A stretch of 28,506 bases of DNA from a virus (lineage: Duplodnaviria; Caudoviricetes): IMG/VR virus record IMGVR_UViG_3300020074_000092, positions 1 through 28,506 of that record; one strand, given 5' to 3'. Positions 19,623 to 27,123 of this stretch are shown here, piece after piece. Each line of letters opens with the position of its first letter. Within the stretch, counting starts at the first letter, position 1. A model generated the notes under the pieces. The model had not been told where the DNA came from. It did no database searches and worked only from the letters and a program-made list of their open reading frames with translations. A program made the position numbers and the translations under genes.

Positions 19623-21773
19623 ATGAGTTGGTCTGACAAATATAAAAGATCAATAAACTGCGATAATCCTAGTGGATTTTCTCAGAAAGCTCATTGTGCT
19701 GCTCGTAAAAAAAGAGCAAAGGGTGAAGAGACTAAATCAAAATCACCTTTCAATGAAATGAACGATCCTCGTATTCCAAAGAAACCAGGACAACCAGATA
19801 AGTCTGATAAACACTCTGATCTCTATACAGATGAAGATCCAAAAGGAACAATTCACGGATTGGGATTTAAGGATGCTGCAACTGCAAAACAAAGTGTCTC
19901 TAAAATAAAAAATTCTGGAAGATCTCATGCTCATAAAATTCAAGCAGCAATTGCGATGGAACAAAGAGCAAGAGTGATGAGAAAGACTTCTGAAGCTGCT
20001 ATTTTTAGAAAATTTATTAACTCAATGAAAAAGAAAACAGAAGAAATGAACGAGGAAAAAAACAAAAATAGGTGCAAACCAGGAAACTATTATTGCTATA
20101 CAGATAAAAAGTGTAAACCAATTCCTACTGGATATGTGATAGGTCGTGATGGTATGCTTGATAAGGAAGATGATTCTGAAGGTAATGGTTCTAATGGAAA
20201 TGGAAATGGTTCTAGTATATCTGAAGAAGGTCTCCGTGACTGGTTTGGTAAATCCAAATCAAAGGGTGGTAAGCGTGGTTGGGTAAATGTTGTTACGGGT
20301 GGAACTTGTGCAAGTGATGAACCTGGAGAAGGAGTTCCTAAATGCGTTTCTTCTTCCAAAAGAGCAAGTATGACTAAAGCAGAAAGATTGTCTGCTGCAA
20401 GAAGAAAGAAAAAAGCAGATCCAGGACAACAACAAAAGTCAGGTGCTGCAAGACCAACTTATGTTTCTACCGATTCCCCAAGAAAGAAAAGAAAAAAAAT
20501 GAAAGAAGAATTTGATTTACAAGAAGCAAAAGATAAACCAGGTAAGGGTAGTGGTACAAAGGATGCCTGTTACCATAAGGTCAAGTCAAGATATAGCGTC
20601 TGGCCCTCTGCATATGCCTCTGGAGCATTAGTCAAGTGTCGTAGAGTTGGCGCGGCAAACTGGGGAAATAAGTCGGAATCAATAGATATAAAATCAAGAG
20701 ATCCACTGTCGGAAGCAATTGGAATGATTCGCTATTGCCCTAAATGTGAAAAAAATGAAACCAGAGAAGAATGTAGATATGGCCCAAAGTTCTGGGATAC
20801 ATATTCACTCCCAATGAACTTAGGGAAAAAATACACACCAAATACACCACATCCTGGTAATATGCCCGAAGGGTATGACCATGAGTATTCAATGGCTCGC
20901 TCTGAACTTTCAACAATCATTTCTGCTGCAAAAAGACTTCGTAAAAAAATGAAAGGTGAAGGTAACATTGAGGCATGGGTTCAATCAAAGATTACTAAAG
21001 CAGCAGATTATCTTGATACTGCGGCAGATTATGTTGATAGTGGTGAAATGAAAGAACAGGTTTCTGATACTAGCATTCCAGCAGATGAAAAAAATATTGA
21101 AAGATTCAGTGTTGCAATTAAATCTACAGGAAGAAGAAATTTACCAAATGATCAGAAAATAAATGCTCTTAGACAAGCAGCACAAATATATCGTGGTGTG
21201 AGAGAAGAAGTTAGTTTTACAATTCCTAATGCAAAACCAACATACAAATATCCAATTCTTCCACAAGAAAAAGGAGATGAAGTTCCTATCCAATTAATTA
21301 AAAAAATTAAAAAACCAGGAGTAAAATTACCTCTTGCTAAAAAAGAAACAAAAACACAAGTTGCTCACTTTGAACCAGAGGGTGAAGTTATTGATGAAAA
21401 GTGCTGGCCTGGTTATAAGAAAAAAGGTATGAAGACGATGTTTGGTAAGAGATATCCAAATTGTGTTAAAGCAGAAGGATTCTCTAACTGGAGAGCAGAA
21501 ATGGGTTTAAGTGAGGATTGGCAAAAAGTCAATCGTAAAGATAAAACTGATGGATTAAGTCCTGCCGCTGTAAAAGCATATCGTCGTGAGAATCCAGGTT
21601 CAAAACTTAAAACTGCTGTAACTGAAAAAAATCCAACTGGTAAAAGAGCATCTCGTCGCAAATCATTCTGTTCAAGAATGGGTGGAATGAAAAAAAAATT
21701 AACTTCAGCAAAAACTGCAAGAGACCCAGATTCAAGAATCAACAAAGCCCTCCGTCGTTGGAACTGTAATTAA
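19623..21773 (+). CDS. 716-aa basic multi-module protein; putative prohead-protease-processed polyprotein of capsid-internal proteins
   Basis: Lys/Arg-rich, 16 Cys mostly paired within modules. Modules are bounded by FNE, MNE, ISE, MKE, LQE, LSE, MPE, MKE, VRE, IDE and LSE. The C-terminal RRKSFCSRM...SRINKALRRWNC module is recalled as DUF6321-like. The gene call is solid; the function is inferred. Confidence 0.7.
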   Translation: MSWSDKYKRSINCDNPSGFSQKAHCAARKKRAKGEETKSKSPFNEMNDPRIPKKPGQPDKSDKHSDLYTDEDPKGTIHGLGFKDAATAKQSVSKIKNSGRSHAHKIQAAIAMEQRARVMRKTSEAAIFRKFINSMKKKTEEMNEEKNKNRCKPGNYYCYTDKKCKPIPTGYVIGRDGMLDKEDDSEGNGSNGNGNGSSISEEGLRDWFGKSKSKGGKRGWVNVVTGGTCASDEPGEGVPKCVSSSKRASMTKAERLSAARRKKKADPGQQQKSGAARPTYVSTDSPRKKRKKMKEEFDLQEAKDKPGKGSGTKDACYHKVKSRYSVWPSAYASGALVKCRRVGAANWGNKSESIDIKSRDPLSEAIGMIRYCPKCEKNETREECRYGPKFWDTYSLPMNLGKKYTPNTPHPGNMPEGYDHEYSMARSELSTIISAAKRLRKKMKGEGNIEAWVQSKITKAADYLDTAADYVDSGEMKEQVSDTSIPADEKNIERFSVAIKSTGRRNLPNDQKINALRQAAQIYRGVREEVSFTIPNAKPTYKYPILPQEKGDEVPIQLIKKIKKPGVKLPLAKKETKTQVAHFEPEGEVIDEKCWPGYKKKGMKTMFGKRYPNCVKAEGFSNWRAEMGLSEDWQKVNRKDKTDGLSPAAVKAYRRENPGSKLKTAVTEKNPTGKRASRRKSFCSRMGGMKKKLTSAKTARDPDSRINKALRRWNCN

Positions 21774-22051
21774 TGAACGGACCTATTAAAATTTTAGGAA
21801 ACTCTCAACAATTATCAGGAATAGGAACGACAGTTTCAGATATTAATGGACTTGGAGCACAGTATGTTTTAATTCAACATACTGGATCTGGAAATCACTA
21901 TGTAATTGAAAAAACTGGTGCTGGAGTCACTGTTGGAACAGTTTATATGCCGTCCGAATCATTTTTATTAATGAAAAAAGAAAGAACTAATATTATATCT
22001 GTCGATAGTGGAAATGATATTTACGCAACTTCTGTAGTGTATCAAGGATAA
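21773..22051 (+). CDS. Hypothetical 92-aa beta-rich protein
   Basis: TAATG-coupled to the 716-aa ORF and ends 11 nt before gp17. Contains the SGIGTT/AGVTVGT motifs also seen in the virion proteins. Confidence 0.75.
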   Translation: MNGPIKILGNSQQLSGIGTTVSDINGLGAQYVLIQHTGSGNHYVIEKTGAGVTVGTVYMPSESFLLMKKERTNIISVDSGNDIYATSVVYQG

Positions 22052-22062
22052 AAAAACATTTT

Positions 22063-23760
22063 ATGACTGATAATGTATATCTTGGCAATCCTCTGCTCAA
22101 AAAAGCCAACATTCAAATAGAATTCACCGAACATCAAGTTGTTGAGTTCTTAAAGTGTAAAGAAGATCCTGTATATTTTGCAAGAAATTATATCAAGATT
22201 GTATCTCTGGATCACGGTCTAGTTCCTTTTGAGTTGTATCCATTTCAAGAGAAATTGATTGATAATTTCCATAAGAACAGATTCAACATTTGTAAGATGC
22301 CCAGACAAACGGGTAAATCTACAACTGTTGTTTCTTATTTACTACATTATGCAGTATTCAACGATAATGTCAATATTGCCATTCTTGCAAACAAAGCATC
22401 AACTGCAAGAGATTTACTTGGAAGATTACAACTTGCTTATGAGAATCTACCAAGTTGGATGCAACAAGGTATCATATCGTGGAATAAAGGATCTCTGGAA
22501 TTAGAAAATGGCTCCAAAATTTCATCTAACTCTACTTCGTCATCTGCTGTCCGAGGCGGATCCTATAATGTCATCTTTCTTGACGAGTTCGCTTTCATCC
22601 CGAATCACATTGCTGATGACTTCTTTGCCTCTGTTTATCCTACTATTTCTTCTGGACAAAGCACGAAGGTAATCATTGTATCCACACCACGCGGTATGAA
22701 CCACTTTTACCGCATGTGGCATGACTCTGAGAGGGGCAAGAACGAATATGTGCCTACTGATGTGCATTGGTCTGAAGTGCCTGGTAGAGACGCTGCCTGG
22801 AAGGAACAGACGATTGCTAACACATCAGAACAACAGTTTAAGGTTGAGTTTGAATGTGAATTTTTAGGATCTGTTAATACGTTAATTAATCCAGCAAAAT
22901 TAAGAAATTTCGTTTATGAAAATCCTATTAAACGAAACGCCGGTCTTGATGTATATGAAGATCCAAGAGAAGAAAATAATTATCTAATCACGGTAGACGT
23001 TGCTCGTGGACTTGGTAATGACTATTCAGCATTTATCGTTTTTGATATTACAAATTTTCCTTATAAGGTTGTAGCAAAATATCGTAACAATGAAATTAAA
23101 CCGATGCTTTTTCCAAGTGTAATTTATGAGGTCGCAAAGGGATATAATGATGCCTGGTTATTAGTGGAAGTTAATGATATTGGAGATCAGGTAGCAAATA
23201 TTCTACACTTTGATCTTGAGTATGATAATATTTTAATGTGTGCTATGCGTGGCCGTGCTGGTCAAATAGTTGGATCTGGATTTAGTGGTAAAAAATCTCA
23301 ACTTGGTGTAAGGACAACAGCAGCAGTAAAGAAATTAGGTTGCTCAAACTTAAAAACCTTGATGGAAGATGATAAATTACTGACAGTTGATTATGATATT
23401 ATTTCAGAATTAACAACATTCGCTCAAAAACACAATTCTTTTGAAGCAGAAGAAGGTTGTAACGATGACTTGGCGATGTGTCTTGTTATTTTCTCCTGGT
23501 TGGTCGCTCAAGATTATTTCAAAGAAATGACGGACAATGATGTTCGTAAAAGAATTTATGAGGAACAAAAAAATCAGATTGAACAGGATATGTCTCCTTT
23601 TGGATTCATTGCGGATGGATTAGATGATTTCATGGTCACAATTGATGAAGAAACTGGAGATCGCTGGATATTTGCTGGATCTAAAAATGAACACAATCCA
23701 TTGGAAGTTTGGAATGTAGATGAATACGGAGATCACTCTTACATGTGGGAATATAGATAA
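22063..23760 (+). CDS. gp17: Terminase large subunit gp17
   Basis: Adenine-binding LYPFQ, Walker A PRQTGKST, Walker B IFLDEFAF, coupling motif VSTPRG, RNase H-like nuclease residues in VDVARG...DYS and NDDLAM. Confidence 0.97.
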   Translation: MTDNVYLGNPLLKKANIQIEFTEHQVVEFLKCKEDPVYFARNYIKIVSLDHGLVPFELYPFQEKLIDNFHKNRFNICKMPRQTGKSTTVVSYLLHYAVFNDNVNIAILANKASTARDLLGRLQLAYENLPSWMQQGIISWNKGSLELENGSKISSNSTSSSAVRGGSYNVIFLDEFAFIPNHIADDFFASVYPTISSGQSTKVIIVSTPRGMNHFYRMWHDSERGKNEYVPTDVHWSEVPGRDAAWKEQTIANTSEQQFKVEFECEFLGSVNTLINPAKLRNFVYENPIKRNAGLDVYEDPREENNYLITVDVARGLGNDYSAFIVFDITNFPYKVVAKYRNNEIKPMLFPSVIYEVAKGYNDAWLLVEVNDIGDQVANILHFDLEYDNILMCAMRGRAGQIVGSGFSGKKSQLGVRTTAAVKKLGCSNLKTLMEDDKLLTVDYDIISELTTFAQKHNSFEAEEGCNDDLAMCLVIFSWLVAQDYFKEMTDNDVRKRIYEEQKNQIEQDMSPFGFIADGLDDFMVTIDEETGDRWIFAGSKNEHNPLEVWNVDEYGDHSYMWEYR

Positions 23761-23987
23761 TGGACTTAGACGATCAGTTTGAGATAGAGCATTTATGTTT
23801 TACTGATCGAAAGTGTAGAATTTGTGGGATAAAAAAAAATTTAATAGAAAGTTTTTATCGCACAAGAAAAAGTCGCACCATTTCATCTTCTTATTCATAT
23901 GAATGTAAAGAGTGTACAGTAAAAAGAATTCAAAACTCTAGAAAAAAGAAAAATTACTCTTCTGAGTGGAATTATCCAGACTGGTAA
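23760..23987 (+). CDS. Small CxxC...CxxC zinc-finger protein (75 aa)
   Basis: KCRICG...FY...YECKEC followed by a basic helix. TAATG-coupled to gp17. Confidence 0.75.
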   Translation: MDLDDQFEIEHLCFTDRKCRICGIKKNLIESFYRTRKSRTISSSYSYECKECTVKRIQNSRKKKNYSSEWNYPDW

Positions 23988-24026
23988 TTGTTCACGCATC
24001 GTTTCCCTACTAGAAATAACCTTTTT

Positions 24027-24034
24027 AATAAATA
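24027..24034 (+). promoter_or_regulatory. Probable late promoter AATAAATA for gp18
   Basis: NATAAATA cyanophage-type late promoter in the intergenic gap. SD-like AGGAG at 24059-24063 before the gp18 ATG. Confidence 0.7.
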
Positions 24035-24070
24035 ATTTTAGAATAATTCTGGACTTGTAGGAGAATAAAG

Positions 24071-26482
24071 ATGCCGCTAAATTTAGCATCTCCTGGAATT
24101 GTAGTAAGGGAAATTGATTTAACACTCGGAAGAGTTATCCCATCATCAAATAAAACTGGTGCAATTGTTGCTCCTTTTGCTAAGGGACCTGTAGACGAAC
24201 CAACATTAGTAGAAAATGAAAATGATTTATTAACTAATTTTGGAGAACCATACTCAACAGATAAGCATTATGAGCATTGGTTATCTGCCTCATCTTATCT
24301 TGCATATGGTGGTTCATTAAGAGTTGTAAGAGCAGATAACACTCTTTTAAGAAATGGATTTGTAGGACCTTCAACTTCAAGTATAAAGATTAAAAGTTTA
24401 GAGCATTACGATGCTTTAGGATATGATGAAAATACACTTGCTGGAGTCGTAGTTGCTGCTAGAAATCCAGGATCTTGGTCTAATGGTTTAAGAGTAGCAA
24501 TTATTGACAGTAAAGCTGATCAGACTTTATCAGGTATTAATACTGGAGCAATTGTTGAATTTGTAGAAGATATTAGTAATTTAACAGGAACTATTGTAGG
24601 TAGTGCTAATACAATTGGTATTAGTACTGATTCTATAACTTTAGGATTAGAAGTTCGTTGTGATACTAGTGATGTAATTAGCACAGGCACAACAGTCATT
24701 GCTATTGGAAATGGTGTTATTACAATATCAAATTCATCTGAACAAGCAGGAATTGTAACCGCTACCTTTGATTTTGGTACGACTACAACTTCTAATCCTA
24801 TGCAAGTTGGATATGGAATTGAACAGTCTGTTGCAGGAAAAATAAATCCAGGCGCAGGATCAACTTCAATTCTTGATGGTTATCTAAAGGGAATTATTAC
24901 AAAAATTGGAGAATCATCTATTGATGTTAAAATTCTTTCTCATGTTTCTGAGGTTGGAACTGAAACACAAGTAGATTATCAACCATTAGGTACTTGGGCA
25001 TTTTCTAGTTCAGGTTCTATTGGAGTTCATACTAATGGTCAATCAGTTTCTTATGGAACTACTACATATACATCAAGAGCAGACTGGTTTGATCAACAAA
25101 CGATTGGTTTAACTACATCATCATCAATTAATTGGAATACCATTGCACCAAGACCCGCAACTTCAGCATATGCAGCAGCAAGAAATTCAAGATTTGATGA
25201 AGTCCATGTTGTAGTAATTGACGCTCTCGGATCAATTACTGGAAATGCTGGTTCAATCATTGAAAAGCATTTAGGACTATCAAAAGCAACTGATGCGGAA
25301 TTCTCAGTAGGAAGTCCATCTTATTGGAGAAAGTATCTTGTAAATAATTCAAAGTATATTTTTGGTCTTGGTGCTCCCGCAGGAATTGTAACAACTGCAT
25401 ATAGTTCCGATTTTACTCTTGCCTCTGATGTTGGTTGGGATCAAGAAGCAGAAGGAATTATCTTTGCTGCTACTGGATCTTCAACAAATATTCTTGCTGG
25501 TGGTAAAGACTACGGCGGAATAGTTGGAATTGAATCGACTGGTGCTCTTACAGCATCACTAGGAAAACTTTCAGAAGGTTATGATTTATTTGAAAATACT
25601 GATAACTATACTATCGATTTTCTCTTGATGGGATCTGCAGCATATAATATTACAACTGCTCAAGCTTTAGCAAACAAACTGATCTCTGTTGCAGAGTTAA
25701 GAAAAGATGCAATTGCATTCATCTCACCATACAGAGGCGCTGCATTAACTGATACGTTATCTCAAACAGAAGTAAATATTAATTCTGCTGTTGACATTAC
25801 TACTAATGTACTTAGTTTCTATGCTTCAGTAGCTTCATCTTCTTACGCTGTGTTTGATAGTGGTTACAAATACATGTATGATAGATTTTCAAATACTTAC
25901 AGATATGTACCATTGAATGGTGACATTGCAGGTCTTTGTGCTCGTAATGATATTAATAATTTCCCATGGTATTCACCAGCAGGGACAACAAGGGGTTCAA
26001 TTCTTAATGCAGTTAAACTAGCATATAATCCATCAAAAACTCAAAGAGACAAACTTTATTCAAACAGAATTAACCCAGTTATCTTCTCACCAGGATCTGG
26101 AATCATTCTCTTTGGTGATAAAACTGGTCTTGCTAGAGCATCTGCGTTTGACAGAATTAATGTTCGTCGCCTCTTTGTTTATCTTGAAGATGCAATTTCA
26201 AGGGCAGCAAAAGATGCTCTCTTTGAATTTAATGATGAGGTTACAAGAACAAACTTTGTAAATACTATTGAACCTTTCCTTCGTGATGTACAGGCAAAGA
26301 GAGGTATTTTTAATTATATTGTTATTTGTGATGAAACAAATAATACTGCTGCAGTAATTGATAATAATGAATTTGTTGCAGACATCTATGTCAAACCAGC
26401 AAGATCAATTAACTTCATTGGTCTGAACTTTATTGCCACCAAGACTGGTGTTGATTTTGAAGAAGTAATCGGAAACTTTTAA
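24071..26482 (+). CDS. gp18: Tail sheath protein gp18
   Basis: LASPGIVVREIDLT, F.KGPV, PWYSPAG..RG, RDKLYSNRINPV, LFGDKT, SAFDRINVRRLF, CDETNNT, KPARSINFI.LNF.AT. Confidence 0.97.
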   Translation: MPLNLASPGIVVREIDLTLGRVIPSSNKTGAIVAPFAKGPVDEPTLVENENDLLTNFGEPYSTDKHYEHWLSASSYLAYGGSLRVVRADNTLLRNGFVGPSTSSIKIKSLEHYDALGYDENTLAGVVVAARNPGSWSNGLRVAIIDSKADQTLSGINTGAIVEFVEDISNLTGTIVGSANTIGISTDSITLGLEVRCDTSDVISTGTTVIAIGNGVITISNSSEQAGIVTATFDFGTTTTSNPMQVGYGIEQSVAGKINPGAGSTSILDGYLKGIITKIGESSIDVKILSHVSEVGTETQVDYQPLGTWAFSSSGSIGVHTNGQSVSYGTTTYTSRADWFDQQTIGLTTSSSINWNTIAPRPATSAYAAARNSRFDEVHVVVIDALGSITGNAGSIIEKHLGLSKATDAEFSVGSPSYWRKYLVNNSKYIFGLGAPAGIVTTAYSSDFTLASDVGWDQEAEGIIFAATGSSTNILAGGKDYGGIVGIESTGALTASLGKLSEGYDLFENTDNYTIDFLLMGSAAYNITTAQALANKLISVAELRKDAIAFISPYRGAALTDTLSQTEVNINSAVDITTNVLSFYASVASSSYAVFDSGYKYMYDRFSNTYRYVPLNGDIAGLCARNDINNFPWYSPAGTTRGSILNAVKLAYNPSKTQRDKLYSNRINPVIFSPGSGIILFGDKTGLARASAFDRINVRRLFVYLEDAISRAAKDALFEFNDEVTRTNFVNTIEPFLRDVQAKRGIFNYIVICDETNNTAAVIDNNEFVADIYVKPARSINFIGLNFIATKTGVDFEEVIGNF

Positions 26483-26501
26483 TTTAGAGGTTTAAACAAT
26501 T

Positions 26502-27092
26502 ATGGCAACTAGACAACAACTAAATCCACCTCCTTTAAGAAAGATTACTGACTTCAAAAGTAAGTTAACTGGTGGTGGCGCAAGAAGTAATCTTTTTGAA
26601 GTTGTACTTTCATTCCCAGATATTGCACCAGCAGATACTAATATTCTTGACAAAGCAAGATTTTTGGTAAAAGGTGCAAACCTACCAGCATCAAATGTTA
26701 CCCCACTCGATGTTCCTTTTAGAGGTAGAACTTTAAAAGTCGCTGGCGACAGAACTTTTGAAAGTTGGACTATTACTATTCTGAACGACACTGATTTTTC
26801 AATTCGTTCAGCTATGGAAAACTGGATGAATAAAATTAATAAAGTTTCTGATAATACTGGAGAAACTGATCCAACAGCATATACTGCAGACGCTTTTGTT
26901 TATCAACTTGATCGTGATGGATCGACTTTAAGAGCGTATCATTTTTATGATGTATTCCCAACTTCGATTGGAGCAATCACTCTTGATTATGGAACAAGCA
27001 CGATTCAGGAGTTTACCGCAGAATTCCAAATCCTTTGGTGGGAAGCAATGAAAGGTAATTCACCTGCTGCAGGCGGTCAAGACATTAACTAA
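26502..27092 (+). CDS. gp19: Tail tube protein gp19
   Basis: GGGARSNLFEV, VPFRGRTLKVAGDRTFESWTITILND, VYQLDRDG, FYDVFPTSIGAITLDY. Confidence 0.96.
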   Translation: MATRQQLNPPPLRKITDFKSKLTGGGARSNLFEVVLSFPDIAPADTNILDKARFLVKGANLPASNVTPLDVPFRGRTLKVAGDRTFESWTITILNDTDFSIRSAMENWMNKINKVSDNTGETDPTAYTADAFVYQLDRDGSTLRAYHFYDVFPTSIGAITLDYGTSTIQEFTAEFQILWWEAMKGNSPAAGGQDIN

Positions 27093-27095
27093 ATA
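27088..27095 (+). promoter_or_regulatory. Probable late promoter variant ACTAAATA for gp20
   Basis: CTAAATA overlapping the gp19 stop, 28 nt upstream of the gp20 ATG. Confidence 0.6.
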
Positions 27096-27123
27096 ATACA
27101 TACAAGTAGTTCAAATTTATAAG

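Noticed and set aside
20181-20213. GGTAATGGTTCTAATGGAAATGGAAATGGTTCT short tandem-like repeat
   Set aside because: It encodes a GNGSNGNGNGS flexible linker. It is not a CRISPR array or a regulatory repeat.
22063-23760. Possible intein or intron in the terminase large subunit
   Set aside because: 565 aa is a normal length, the motifs are contiguous, and there are no splice-junction or LAGLIDADG signatures.
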